64,000 nt of DNA. Origin: the human T2T-CHM13v2.0 reference genome, Homo sapiens. This document shows positions 1 to 19,648 of the stretch, piece by piece (the first letter of the stretch is position 1; every line of letters begins with the position of its first letter). The translations under genes were made by a program, and so were the position numbers. Below the pieces are notes generated by a model that was not told the origin of the DNA, searched no databases, and saw nothing but the letters and a program-made list of their open reading frames with translations. The stretch lies in the NCBI RefSeq assembly GCF_009914755.1, contig NC_060945.1; one strand, written 5' to 3'.

Positions 1-215
1 GTCCTCTTCAGTCCTTCCTGCTGTTCTCCCTAGTTATAAAACTTTAGAAAGTCATTGCATGGAAGCTTACTAAGGATTTTAAGAAGACTATTTGTAGGCT
101 CTTTAAGGATTTGTATGTAAAGGATGATTTTGTCAAGGGCACAGCTCTGCTCCTACGGGACTTGATATGCTGTGTGGAGGACACTGGGCCTGACCACAGT
201 GCCAGCTCTGGCTCA

Positions 216-452
<237 letters not shown>

Positions 453-589
453 TCACCTGAGGTCAGGAGTTTAAGAGCAGCCTGGCCAACATGCTGAAAC
501 CCCTTCTCTACTAAAAAATACAAGTGATTCTTCTGCCTCAACCTCCCAAGTAGCTGGGATTACAGGTGTGCGCCATCACGCCCGGCTAA

Positions 590-787
<198 letters not shown>

Positions 788-964
788 TCATTAGCCACAC
801 CACTGTCAGAAGAAGAAAATCTGACGTGGTCTTTCTGGATCTGATTTTGGTTTTCCATCAGAAGAATGATATTTTTAAAAATATTGGAGCATGAGACTTT
901 TGCACAATATGATGTCCTTTAAAAGCACAGCTCTCTTTACAGCTCGGCGCTTGTTCTTTTGTAG

Positions 965-1074
965 GCTCAGACATAAAAGGAAATACCGTTGTGCCAGAAT
1001 CTGAAATCTCAAATTCTTATGAAGACCAGTCGTCTTATTTTTTTGAAAAATACTCCAAGGATCTTTTAGTTGAG
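965..1074 (+). CDS. DOP1B: DOP1B exon, 110 nt ([12 protein letters not shown]...KYSKDLLVE)
   Basis: ttgttcttttgtag acceptor, GAG|gtaaag donor, open frame, phase 0 to the next exon. Confidence 0.92.
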
Positions 1075-1325
1075 GTAAAGGAGCATTTCCGGAAAGTTCA
1101 GGGTATCCTTGGTGACGATTCTCCAGTGGATTTCTTTGGGAGGCTTCCACATAGGCAGTGAGCACGTTCCTTGGCCCCTGGTTTGGGGAACTGCAGGGTA
1201 TTTGTTGCATGCTGGGTGACTGGTTTTCCTTCTGTCCCAGAGTATTTAACAATTAGAATAGCCAGTAATGTTGTTACACTTTATGATATACGATATTCTA
1301 ATATGTGGCTTTTTTTAAATAATAG

Positions 1326-1440
1326 GGTTTGGCTGAGATATTGCATCAGAAGTTCATAGATGCTGACGTGGAGGAACGCCATCATGCATACCTGAAGCCT
1401 TTTCGCGTCCTCATCAGTCTGCTTGACAAGCCAGAAATAG
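1326..1440 (+). CDS. DOP1B: DOP1B exon, 115 nt ([10 protein letters not shown]...LLDKPEI)
   Basis: taatag acceptor, G|gtaatg donor, conserved Dopey motif [15 protein letters not shown]. Confidence 0.95.
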
Positions 1441-2679
1441 GTAATGTTAGAAATGCTGCTTCTATCCTATGCTGAATACAGATTACCTGTTTTCAGGGAA
1501 ATACAACATGGTGAGATACAACCAAAGCGTTATTTTGAATATAATTTAATATTTGGAATTTCACAACTTTGAAGTCATGTTATATGGTTCAATGATCATA
1601 TCTGTGGTCACTTACAAGTTTTGCATGGCTGGGCGCAGTGGCTCATGCCTGTAATCCTAGCACTTTGGGAGGTAGAGGAAGGAAGATCACTTGAGCTCAT
1701 GGATTTGAAACCAGCCTGGGTAATATGGCTGAAAAGCCATGTTGAAAAACCCCATCTCTATAAAAAAATACAAAAAAATTAGCCAGGCGTGGTGGTGCTT
1801 CCCTGTAGTCCCAGCTACCAAGTGGCTGAGGTGGGAAGACCACCTGAGCCCAGGGGGTCGAGGCTGCAGTGAGCTGTGATTGTACCACGGCACTCCAGCC
1901 TGGGCGACAGAGTGAGACCCAGTCTGAAAAAAAAGTTTTGCACAATAATTTGAACATTTTTTGTTAGGAAAATACCTTTGAGCTCCTATAGTGTCTACAG
2001 AACATGTGGTATTTCCTTTTTAAGCCTATTTTTTCAATGTCATACTTAAAATGAGCTTTGGTTTGATTTTCAATTAAGTAGGGGACCCCGTCCATCTTTT
2101 TGCCTTGGGATCCTGGGCAAGCCACTTCTTTTCACTGTGGAGAGTAAAAACATTTTCACTGTAAAATGAAGAGGGTTGAACTAGACTCTGGTCACCAAAG
2201 GCTCCCTTCTTAGATACTATGGTCCTATGAGCATAGGTTGAGAAAAGTGACCTTCTCTCACTATTTATTTATTTATGAATGAATGAATGAACGAATGAAT
2301 GAATGGCAGAGTCTCGCTCTGTTGCCCAGGCTGGAGTGCAGTGGCGCAATCTCGGCTCACTAAAACCTCTGTCTCCTGGGTTCGAACAATTAATTCTCCT
2401 GCCTCAGCTTCCCCAGTAGCTGGGATTACAGGCATGTGCCACCATGCCTGGCTAATTTTTGTATTTTCAGTAGAGACAGGGTTTCATCATCTTGGCTAAG
2501 CTGGTCTCAAACTCCTGACCTCAAGTGATCCACCTGCCTCGGCCTCCCAAAGTGCTGGGATTACAGGTGTGAGCCACTGCACCTGGCCCTCTCCCTCACT
2601 TTAAAAAGAAATTTGCGACCAGGCACGGTGGCTCACACCTGTGATCCCAGCACTTTGGGAGGCCGAGGCAGGTGGATCA

Positions 2680-3225
<546 letters not shown>

Positions 3226-3349
3226 TCACTTTAAGGTCTGCATCTGCTTATGTGAGCCCTATACCAGGGAAAAGATCCCCATGTCTTCCATAGGATTGCA
3301 AGCCTAAGAATGTCATTTCAGTGCTCCAGGTGTACCTACCTCCTGGTAG

Positions 3350-3448
<99 letters not shown>

Positions 3449-3884
3449 TGAGGAGTTTGAGACCAGTCTAGCCAATATGGTGAAACCCCATCTCTACTAA
3501 AAATACAAAAATTATCCAGGCATGGTTGTGCACACTTGTAATCCCAACTACTTGGGAGGCTGAGGCACAAGAATCACTTGAATCTGGGAGGCAGAGGTTG
3601 CAGTGAGCAGAGTTCACACCACTACACTCCAGCCTGAGTGACAGAGCGAGACTCCATCTCAAAAAAAAAAAAAAAAAAAAGAGAGCTGAGGGCATTAGTG
3701 AAGTGGCCTCTCTCTGGCCTTGGGATGGAGGCCCTTCGCTTATCCATTCAAAAGCACAGAGCATCTGCCATGTGGCAGGGATGGTGCCAGCTCTAGGGGG
3801 ACAAAAGGGGAGCAGCTTCTCATGAAGTTAGAGGGAAGGGGAGACTCCATGTTCCTGGAGTGTTTTTACTGTTCATTAATAATA

Positions 3885-4095
3885 ACCATGGCTGACATTT
3901 TTTGAGCAATTATTTTGTGCCAAGTGATTTACATACATCCTTTTATATCTGTCTGCACACACACCTCTGTCCCTCCAACAACCCCAAGGTAGGTTCTCCC
4001 ACTATGCCTGTTTTACAAATGGAAAGACTAAGGTTGGGTGGGAGTAGGTAATTTGCCCAGGGCCAGTCAGGAGCCTAAGCTGGGTTTGTCAGCAC
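3885..4095 (-). mobile_element. MIR fragment
   Basis: cctgttttacaaatggaaagactaagg..ggtaatttgcccagggcc. Confidence 0.6.
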
Positions 4096-4696
4096 CCCCC
4101 GATGCTTGCCTGATTGCACTCAGAGAAGTCCTACCCGAGATGTTTGCCTCTGTCACCAGGTGAACTTTATTCCAAGAGTTGTGCAGCTCTCGTCATTCTT
4201 AACGAAAGTCCAAGTATGAAGCTTTTGTTCTTCCAGGCTCTGCCCATGATGTGCTGCCTCAGGGTGTCTGCACTTTGTTCAGATTCCTCTTCCCATCTGC
4301 CCGCTCCCACCTTAAACCAAATAGATTTTCCTGCTAGTGTAGAGTAACTGCAGCTCTGAAAAATCATGATTTAGTCCAAAAAGTGGAACACTTATATAAA
4401 TGTATTGGGAGCTTGCTGTGTAACTTCAGGGAAGTATTAAAAGAAGAAAATATAACTTAGCATTCTGGAGATGTGTGTTTTATGTCAAAGCCATGCACCT
4501 TGGTGAGCCAAGTAAACGTTGCTGCTAACTTGGCTCCAGGTCGTATTTTCTGGAAGCAAATGAATATCACGCTCCTGCCCAATCATAACAGTCACTTAAT
4601 TTACTCTTTCCAATTTTTTAGCTGTCTGCAAGAAATCACACTCAGGAGGCAAAGGAGGTGATTATACAGAACTAGAAGGCACAGGACGGCCATTCA

Positions 4697-5134
<438 letters not shown>

Positions 5135-5604
5135 TTAAAAAAAATACACAGGAAACTTAGCATGAAAATAATTCTCTCAGAGGCACATCTTTTGGTTTTG
5201 TGAAAAGAAGTGTAAAAGATTGGATTAATCTGCTTTTTTGCCAGTGTTGACAGAGCTTTCATTTTCTCTGAATTGATTGTGTGTTTCTGCCTTTGGATAC
5301 ATGGGTAAGAAGTCAGGCCCTCAGCTGCCTGAGGGTTGCGGTTTGCGGAGCAGCAATGCCCTGCCCATCCCCTGCCTGGTTGCAGGGAAGCTTCTCTAAC
5401 ATGCAGCTGGTCCAGTTCTTTTGTGCCATCTTTCTCAGCGTTTCAGGATAGCCATCATTTCTTTTGTGTTGCTCCAGCTCATGACTAAAGGAATTGAAGA
5501 AGTTGCCCTGCTCTCTGGATATTTCTGTTGAGTAACGTCCCTGGCCAGCAGTTTATGCACACTTAACACACGTAGTCTGCGCTCTGCCTCTATCTAGCAG
5601 AATC

Positions 5605-5775
5605 TGCTTTGGGCAAGTTACTTAACCTCTCTGTGCTTCCATCTCCTTATGTGTAATCAGCAGTACAGGATCTGTCTGCATGGCTGTTACGAGGGTTTAA
5701 TACGTTAATAGATGTAAAACGCGTAGAAGGGTGTCTGGCACACAGGAAGTTCTACAAAAATGTTGGCTATTTTCA
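5605..5775 (+). mobile_element. MIR fragment
   Basis: ttgggcaagttacttaacctctctgtgcttcc..gtgtctggcacacagg. Confidence 0.65.
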
Positions 5776-5957
5776 TGAATGTTGTTTCCCCAGCTAAAGT
5801 TGTCACCAGTAAAGTTAAGTTTCTGTATATTTTAGACTATATAAAATGTCTGTCTGCACAGGTTTACTGTATATATGTCTTATGTATATACATATGTCAC
5901 TTACTGATTTAAAGGGGATTGTTAATCTGTCTCTGACCATCTTCCTTCTAATTACAG

Positions 5958-6078
5958 GGCCTCAAGTGGTTGGGAATTTGTTTCTCGAAGTCATCAGGGC
6001 CTTTTATTCTTACTGCAGAGATGCCCTTGGCTCTGATCTTAAACTTAGCTACACCCAGAGTGGAAATTCGCTGATAAG
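5958..6078 (+). CDS. DOP1B: DOP1B exon, 121 nt ([10 protein letters not shown]...GNSLI)
   Basis: ttacag acceptor, AG|gtatgg donor, phases 1/2 fit the neighbours. Confidence 0.95.
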
Positions 6079-7116
6079 GTATGGGTTTGGCCTTGAACCT
6101 CACGCATCTCTCTCCCTCCCCGGTACTGTGATTTTTTTTTTCCTCTCTTGCTTACTATAAATTGTGAAGTGGTAGAGAAAGCAGAGATGCAGCAGGTGAG
6201 ACCATTGGTGAAAATAATCAATGCGTTGAAGTCAGTCCATGGGAATTGACTGTTCCCTACTGAGTACGGTGAAGAGTTTAAAGGGAGTTTGATATAGTCT
6301 TTCCCCCAGCCTGGGATGGACAGGTATTTATTGATTTTTTGATCAAGTATGAAACAATGAAATGTATGTATTGATCAAGTATGAAACTCGTTTAACAAAG
6401 GCAGCTTGATCTAGTATACCCAAGTGGTGAGTTACAGGGCAGAGAGAACAGAGAAAATGGAGGGGAGGGCACCTGGCAAGTGGAAAGGGGATGTGAGTCT
6501 TCAGGACAGGAGTCCAGGGGGTGTTGGGGGAGATTGGGGGAGACCCAGGCAGGGCACCGGAGAGCACAGGCTCCATTCCCCCAGAGGCAGAGTGAGTGGT
6601 GTTTGGAAGACAGCGGGCACATTGGCCTCACGTGCGCAGTTACACACAAACCCTGTTTTGTTTGTTTATTTTGTTCCTTTTAAGGGAATACAACTTTTTC
6701 CTTTTTGCTTTACTCTTAATGTAATTTCCTTCTGCCTGAACTAGCATTGGGTACATTGAAAATTTAAATCAATGTTAATATTTTTCTGGTTTGTTAGTTG
6801 TAAGTGTACTAAGAGTTCTTAGTGTTTGCTTTTTTCTCCCAGAATGAAAGCGGTTTATTGTTTTTCTGAGTATGAAAGTAATACATGCTCATTGTTGCAT
6901 TTACTGATATTTGAAAGATCAAGAAAAAAGGTGTCACACGTAATCCTAGCACTCTTCAGAGAAAACCATAAAACATTTTTACTTCTTTCTAGATTTCTAC
7001 TACATACATAAATACATAGATGCCTGTCTTTTATTTTAAAGGTAGAATTACACCAGTTATTTAGTTGCTTGGGGTTTTCTTTTTGTTTTCTTGTTGGTTT
7101 GTTTGTTTGGTTTTGA

Positions 7117-7278
<162 letters not shown>

Positions 7279-7795
7279 TGAGGTTTCACCATGTTGCTCA
7301 GGCTGGTCTCAAACTCCTGAGCTCAAGCAATCTGCCCACCTCAGCTTTTCAAAGTGCTAGGATTATAGGTGTGAGCCGCCATGCCTGGTACTCTCTGGAG
7401 TGTCACTCTCCAGCATGACAAGGTCTCACTCTGTCTCCCAGGCTAGAGCACAGTGGCACCATCAATGGTCACTGCAGCCTTGAACTCCTGGGATCAAGTG
7501 ATCCTCACACCTCAGCTTCCCAAGTAGCTACGACTATAGGCACACACAACCACACCTGGCTAATTTTTAATTTTTCTGTAGAGACAAGGTCTTGCTATGT
7601 TGCACAGGCTGGTCTTGAATTCCTGGCCTCAAGCAGTCCTCCTGCCTCAGCCTCCCAAACTGCTGGGACTACAGGTGTGAGCCACTGTGCCCGGCCACTG
7701 CTTGTTTTTTAAAATGCAAGTTGTGAGTAGCTCTACACTATTCTCCTATGGGATTAGTTGCCTTAGATATTTGTTAAGGATTTATCATTTATTTA

Positions 7796-8694
<899 letters not shown>

Positions 8695-8984
8695 TGATCT
8701 GCCTGCCTCGGCCTCCCAAAGTGCTGGGATTGCAGGTGTGAACTACCACACCCGGCCTTTTTCAGTATTTTTTAATGGCCATTTAGTGGTACACTTCTGC
8801 ACACATCTATGTAGCTGTGCAGGGATTTCGGTAGGATAAATTTCTTGAATAAATTTCCTGAGCCATAGAAGATAAAATTTAAGGCTGGATGCTATGGCTT
8901 ATGCCTGTAATTCCAGCACTTTGGGAGGCTGAGGCAGGTGGATCACTTGAGGTCAGGAGTTTGAGACCAGCCTGGCCAACATCA

Positions 8985-9167
<183 letters not shown>

Positions 9168-9271
9168 TCAAAAAAAAAAAAGAAGATAAACATTTAAAAT
9201 CTTGGCTGAATTTCCCTGCTGAATATCCATGTACCATGTTATTCCACCAGTAGAGTATGGACTAAAACTGA

Positions 9272-9445
<174 letters not shown>

Positions 9446-9816
9446 TGAGTACCTGGGATTACAGGTATCCGCCATCATGCCCTGCTAATTTTTGTATTTT
9501 TGTAGAGACAGGGTTTCACCATGTTGGTCAAGCTGGTGCACCCACCTCAGCCTCCCAAAGTGCTGTGATTACAGGTGTGAGCCACCGCACCCAGCTCTGA
9601 AATTTATTTTTAAGAGACTGTATCAATATAAATATTGTTTACGATGGCATTATGCAAACACATTATAAGAACAGTAATATTTTCATTTTTATCAGGGTGT
9701 GTCAGCTTCTCTAGAAATAAGTTGCAGATGGTGAAATCAATTACAGTTTTTTGGACACTTTTTGTAATTCAGGATTTTTTTATAGACATATTTATTCATG
9801 TCCTCCCCTTTTACAG

Positions 9817-9936
9817 TGCAATCAAGGAAAACAGAAATGCCTCTGAGATTGTCAAAACGGTAAATTTGCTGATAACTTCTCTAAGCACAGACTTTCTCTG
9901 GGATTATATGACAAGGTGTTTTGAGGAATGCTTTAG
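9817..9936 (+). CDS. DOP1B: DOP1B exon, 120 nt ([10 protein letters not shown]...CFEECF)
   Basis: ccccttttacag acceptor, AG|gtaagt donor, phases 2/2. Confidence 0.95.
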
Positions 9937-10757
9937 GTAAGTATGCAGTTCAAGAATGCAGAATATTTAGGAAGGATGAGAGGGTTTAATAATTTTGTAG
10001 CTGCTTAGAATATCAGATTATATATAAGTAGCTGAAGCTGAGTAGTCTTTCCTGAGTTTTAAAATTCAACTAAAACAGGATTGGAAAGAATTCACTTAAG
10101 ATTCTAGCAGAATAAAAACATCTCCAATAAGAAGGTTCACATAATCTTTGCCATGTAATTCTGAAGCTGCTTTAAAAGTCTAACTTTAGAAAATCCTCAG
10201 CGCATTTTCTGGTTACATTCATCAAATCAGCTTTCCTCTCCTGGCTGCCCGATCTATTGAAAGCAGCTTAGTTTTGTGGCTTTGTGACTGGATAGAGTGT
10301 TTTTGAAACTCTTGCTGAAATGAATGTAACTGGTCAGATAAAAGCATTAATGTTTTAAGCTACTATAATCAGCTTTACCATCTCTTTTAACCGGGTGAAT
10401 TGCACCACCCCTAAATTGTTTGCAGTGGCGTACCCCAGGAATACCGAGCTTTCCTGGAGAGCCCTTTCCCATGCCATTTTCTTTACGGGAGGAATAAGGT
10501 CATGTCTCAAACCCTGTTTTGTCCTGAGGCATGCTGTAAAACTTATTTCTTGTTCATCTCCACTGTAATGCTCTTGGCTGTTTCAGAGTCTTACTTCTCA
10601 GCTGCTACCACTACACTTTTCTGCCCAAATAAGCTCACAACCCTGGGAAAAATAAGTTAATTGCAATTGGATCCACAGGCAACAGCAAGGCCATATTATA
10701 TTGAGGTTAGAGTATGCTTTGGTCAGCCTGGTTGTTATGTTATTTTTTATTTTATGA

Positions 10758-10859
<102 letters not shown>

Positions 10860-11759
10860 TAAATAGCTGAGACTACAGGCTCAGCCTCCCAAGTAACTGC
10901 GACTACAGGTGCACGCCACCACACCCAGCTAATTTTTGTATTTTTAGTAGAGACAGGGTTTCACCATGTTGGCCAGGCTGGTCCCAAACTCCTGACCTCA
11001 AGTGATCCACCCGCCTTGGCCTCCCAAATTGCTGGGATTACAGGCATGAGCCGCCGCATCTGGCCATCCTGGTTATTAAAAAAAAAAAAAGAATAAAATG
11101 TTTCTACCCAGATAGAGCTGACTCTCCATCTTTGCAACATTTTGTCCTCTTTTCATCCCAGAGTTAATCCCTGTCCTGAGATTAATGTCTGTCTTCAGTG
11201 TAACATGGCTTTGCTGTTGCCTGTGGATCCTATTACAGTTAATTTATTCATCCCAGGGTTATGAGATGAAAAGCAATAGATACTTTTTAACTTACCCATT
11301 TATCTAGTAGCCTGTTTATTTTAAAAGAAGTCTTGAATTTCAGTATAAGATAAGCAACTAACAATAGTTGATTGGTGGGGTTACACTTCTCTACAGAAGC
11401 TGAAACTTTCTAGGCAACTCAGGTGCTGATAAACTCCTGGAATTACTTGGAGAGGAGTAGTCCCAGGCCACTCCTACAGCAGGGTGAACAGCCATGTGGA
11501 CTGTGGTGTTCTCCAGCCCAGCCTCGTTCCCTTGGATCGTGCTTTTGGGCTTGGACTGGGGACTTGGGATTACATCTGTCGATGGTACTCCAGGTCTCCT
11601 GGGAGACACCTGAATTGGTAGAGTTCAAGTCAGAGGGAATCTGTTTGGACACCAACAGATTCAGGACACTTATTGACACTTCTACATGTTAGATACTTTT
11701 AGTCACCAAAATTTAGTTATGAGAACTACAAAAGCTGCCTTCCATTATGTTTGAAGTAG

Positions 11760-12083
<324 letters not shown>

Positions 12084-12150
12084 TAAGATTATAGGTGTGA
12101 GCCTCCATGCCTGGCCAAAGAATGGATTTTTTCTTTGCTGTGATTTATAG

Positions 12151-12253
12151 ACCAGTGAAGCAGCGTTACAGCGTGAGGAACAGCGTCAGCCCTCCCCCCA
12201 CGGTCTCGGAGCTCTGCGCCCTCCTGGTCTTCCTGCTGGATGTCATTCCTTTG
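12151..12253 (+). CDS. DOP1B: DOP1B exon, 103 nt (PVKQRYSV...LLDVIPL)
   Basis: tttatag acceptor, TTG|gtgagt donor, phases 2/0. Confidence 0.95.
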
Positions 12254-12848
12254 GTGAGTGCTGGGGAAGGGACATCTCAACGCCTGCTATTATTTACATT
12301 CTTACTGGTGGTGATGGCCTGCTTTATCAACCTCACATTACTGAAAATGTTTTACATAAATATGCAACACTGTTTTGATGTTTGTTTTGGCATAAAAGAT
12401 ATAGCTGGATGTAATCTCTTAAATTTTTAATGTCTTATTTAAAAGGGGCTATAACTTTTGGGCCAGTTGTAAGTGGGCAAAGCTGAAGTTAGGTCAACCA
12501 GCTGAAGAACTGGGTATCATTCCCGTACTACAGTTACTTTAGGGAAAGAGTCAATACATTTCCTAGTTAAAATTGTGCTGTTGGCTAATTTTCTCAAAGG
12601 AAACTAATTTCCTTAATGTAGAAACGTGCCAATTTTATTTTTTATTAGAAAGTGTAAAGCCACTTGCAAGGAGAGGAGTAACATCCTTGATTTGTCTAGA
12701 TCAAATTGAAATACCGAGCCTAGCTCTGTGGTATGCGCTCGTAATTCCCAGCTACTCAGGAGGCTGAGATTGGAGCATTGCTTGAGCCCAGGAATTTGAG
12801 ACCAGCCTGGACAGCATAACATGATCCAGTCTCAAACAAAAACAATAG

Positions 12849-13501
<653 letters not shown>

Positions 13502-13628
13502 TGAAAATTAATATGGTATGGTGGCTCACGTCTGTAATCCCAGCACTTTGGGAGGCCGAGGTGGGCGGATCACAAGGTCAGGAGATTGAGACCACCCTGG
13601 CTAACACGGTGAAACCCCGTCTCTACTA

Positions 13629-13853
<225 letters not shown>

Positions 13854-13945
13854 TCAGGCACGGTGGCTCACGCCTGTAATTCCAGCACTTTGGGAGGCCA
13901 AGGTGGATGGATCACAAAGTCAGGAGATGGAGACCATCTTGGCTA

Positions 13946-14192
<247 letters not shown>

Positions 14193-14271
14193 TTAGATGC
14201 CATTTTGAGATGCATTGTTTTTCTGATTGTGAACCAACATTGTGGGGTTAACCTACACGTTTATTTCACAG

Positions 14272-14463
14272 GAACTTTACTCTGAGGTGCAAACCCAGTA
14301 TCTCCCTCAGGTGCTCGGCTGCCTGGTGCAGCCTCTTGCTGAGGACATGGAGGCCTTAAGTTTACCTGAACTCACGCATGCCTTGAAGACGTGTTTCAAG
14401 GTGCTCAGCAAAGTCCAGATGCCTCCTTCCTACCTCGACACGGAGTCCACCAGCGGAACCTCG
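14272..14463 (+). CDS. DOP1B: DOP1B exon, 192 nt ([13 protein letters not shown]...STSGTS)
   Basis: tttcacag acceptor, TCG|gtgtgt donor, phases 0/0. Confidence 0.93.
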
Positions 14464-14744
14464 GTGTGTACTCTGAGGGGCAGAAATGGTTCTGGGGGCT
14501 AAAAGCAGCTTATGCCTTCCTGGGAGTAGAAAGTCTTTAGGGTTGGTTAGGATAGGAATAAAGATGAGAAGATACCCAGGTGATATGTCAAATATGCTTG
14601 TAAAACCCTCACTTTAAAAGGTTTTAGCACCTGGCATGGTACAATGGCTCACACCTGTAATACCAACACTTTCGGAGGCTGGGGCAGGAGGATTGCTTGA
14701 GCCCAGGAGTTCGAGACCAGCCTGGGCAACATAGCAAGCCTTCA

Positions 14745-15086
<342 letters not shown>

Positions 15087-15415
15087 TCACGCCTGTAATC
15101 CCAGCACTTTGGGAGGCCGAGGCGGGCAGATCATGAGGTCAGGAGATCAAGACCATCCTGGCTAACATGGTGAAACCCTGCCTCTACTAAAAATACAAAA
15201 AATTAGCCGGGTGCAGTGGCGGGCGCCTGTAGTCCCAGCTACTCAGGAGGCTGAGGCAGGAGAACAGCGTGAACCCAGGAGGCAGACCTTGCAGTGAGCC
15301 GAGATAGTGCCACTGCAGTCCAGCCTAGGCGAAAAAGTGAGACTCTGTCTCAAAATAAATAAATAAAATAAAATAAAATAAAATAAAATAAAATAAAAAG
15401 GCATGGTGGTGTTCA

Positions 15416-15538
<123 letters not shown>

Positions 15539-15744
15539 CTACAAAAAAAAATTTTTAAGTTTAGCACCCTTTGTTTCACCCATTCTCATGCTACTTGCCT
15601 GCTCTGTAACTGCAGTTAATGGTTAGATACAGTTAATAACTATGTAACTACAGTTAATGGGCTAGTTATAACTAGCCCTGCACTGTTTTATGTGTGTGTT
15701 TGTGGCATGTGATTTTGGTTATTTCGAATATAAGCGAGATGAGG

Positions 15745-16667
<923 letters not shown>

Positions 16668-17021
16668 TAAGTGCTGGGATTACAGGCTTGAGCCACCACG
16701 CCTGGCAGAAACAATTCTTAAACAACTTTTTTGAACTCTAAAGGGGTTATATATTTAGACAAAAACACAAGAAAAATAGGCCCAAAAGCCAGCCTCCCCA
16801 GAGAGCATGTGGGTGTACCAGCCTCCTCTTTGCTACCCACCGCTCTCCTTCTCCTGCTTTGGGTGCCTCCTAAATTTCATTATACACTTAACACAGGGAT
16901 TCTCTAGTCTGGAGAGTGATGATTTTGAAAAACAGAATTGAAATACATTCATGATTTCAACTGATACTTAAATAGCTTGGTGTTAAGAGATGCACAATTC
17001 ACATCTTTTTATTTTTTACAG

Positions 17022-17706
17022 AGTCCAGTAAAAGGTGAAAACGGCAAAATAATTTTGGAAACAAAGGCAGTGATTCCCGGTGACGAAGATGCTTCGTTTC
17101 CCCCTCTGAAGTCTGAGGACAGTGGGATCGGGCTCAGTGCCTCGTCACCGGAGCTCTCTGAGCACTTGAGGGTTCCTCGAGTTTCTCTGGAAAGGGACGA
17201 CGTTTGGAAGAAGGGCGGGAGCATGCAGAGGACGTTTCTTTGCATCCAAGAGCTAATCGCCAACTTTGCCAGCAAGAACATTTTTGGAGTACAGCTGACA
17301 GCGTCAGGAGAAGAAAGCAAGTCCGAGGAGCCTGCAGGGAAGAGGGACAGGGATGGGACGCAGAGCCTGGCAGCCAATGATTCCAGCAGGAAGAACTCTT
17401 GGGAGCCCAAGCCCATCACTGTGCCTCAGTTCAAGCAGATGCTGTCAGACTTGTTCACAGCACGAGGGTCTCCATTCAAGACAAAAAGTTCAGAGTCACC
17501 ATCGTCTTCGCCCAGCAGCCCTGCCAGGAAAAACGGGGGAGAATGGGATGTTGAGAAGGTGGTCATTGACCTGGGGGGTTCCAGGGAGGAACGCAGGGAG
17601 GCCTTTGCCGCCGCCTGCCACCTGCTGCTGGATTGTGCCACTTTCCCTGTCTACCTGTCCGAGGAAGAGACCGAGCAGCTCTGTGCAACGCTCTTCCAGC
17701 TGCCAG
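17022..17706 (+). CDS. DOP1B: DOP1B exon, 685 nt, Ser-rich (SPVKGENGK...LFQLP)
   Basis: ttttttacag acceptor, CAG|gtgaga donor, lies within ORF 16977-17753. Confidence 0.95.
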
Positions 17707-17764
17707 GTGAGAGGCAGCCCTGCCGAAGTCCCTCTTTGGGAATCATACGATGAGGCGATTGACG

Positions 17765-17991
17765 TGGGTGGAATATCCCCTATCCACAATGCTAGGGACC
17801 AAATGTATTTTGGATTTCGGACTTTTTTCAGATTTTTGGAATATTTGCCTTACACTTACCGATTCAGCATTCCTAATCCAGAAATCCAAAATCCAAGAGC
17901 TCCAGTGACTGTTTCCTTCGAGCATCATGTCAGTGCTAATAAGGTTTCAGGTTTTGGATTTGGAATTTTCAGATTAGAGATTCTCAACCTA
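17765..17991 (-). mobile_element. Tigger4a/MER46-like DNA transposon
   Basis: ggatttcggacttttttcagatttttggaatatttgc and terminal ctcaacct. Confidence 0.75.
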
Positions 17992-18212
17992 TATTTAAAG
18001 ACTAGCTCAAATTGTGTAAGCCAAGAAGGTGCTATTGGCCTCATTTGTTCCCTTCCTCATTTGTAATTAGTACATTTTTGACTTGTGTCTCACCACATGG
18101 CAAAGTGGTAAGGGTGGGGCCTATGTTTTTAAACCCTGGGTGTCCAGCACAGCCCATCAGAAGACCTAGAACATGAGTGGCATTCAGTGATAGTAAATAG
18201 ACTATTTCATGA

Positions 18213-19235
<1,023 letters not shown>

Positions 19236-19376
19236 CAGCGGGAGGTTAGCGCACTGCTGTCCAGGTGGATTTCTCAGGTAACTTCCCAGATCTAGGGTGC
19301 TGTAGAATCTGCAGACTGGGGACCCATTCTCACGTGGTTCTGCTTGTTTCTGCCTCTCCGGCTGGCTTCCTTTCAG

Positions 19377-19648
19377 GAGCCGGTGATTCCAGTTTTCCAT
19401 CTTGGCTGAAGTCCCTCATGACTATTTGCTGCTGTGTGACTGACTGCTACCTCCAGAACGTGGCCATTTCCACTCTGCTGGAAGTGATAAACCATTCCCA
19501 GTCCCTGGCGCTTGTCATTGAAGACAAGATGAAACGCTATAAGAGCTCTGGACACAACCCTTTTTTTGGCAAGCTGCAGATGGTGACGGTTCCTCCCATT
19601 GCTCCAGGGATATTGAAAGTCATTGCAGAGAAAACAGATTTCTATCAG
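19377..19648 (+). CDS. DOP1B: DOP1B exon, 272 nt ([13 protein letters not shown]...KTDFYQ)
   Basis: cctttcag acceptor, CAG|gtattt donor, phases 1/0. Confidence 0.95.

Noticed and set aside
875-1252. 125-aa minus-strand ORF
   Set aside because: Antisense to exon 965-1074, with no motif or gene signals.
6339-6387. 17-bp direct repeat ttgatcaagtatgaaac with a 15-nt spacer
   Set aside because: Only two copies; most simply a small local duplication.
17353-18066. 237-aa alternative-frame ORF overlapping the 685-nt exon
   Set aside because: Shifted frame of GC-rich coding sequence running on into a Tigger fossil; no support for translation.
19374-19379. CAGGAG tandem (NAGNAG) acceptor
   Set aside because: A distal GAG is rarely used, and nothing here indicates usage.
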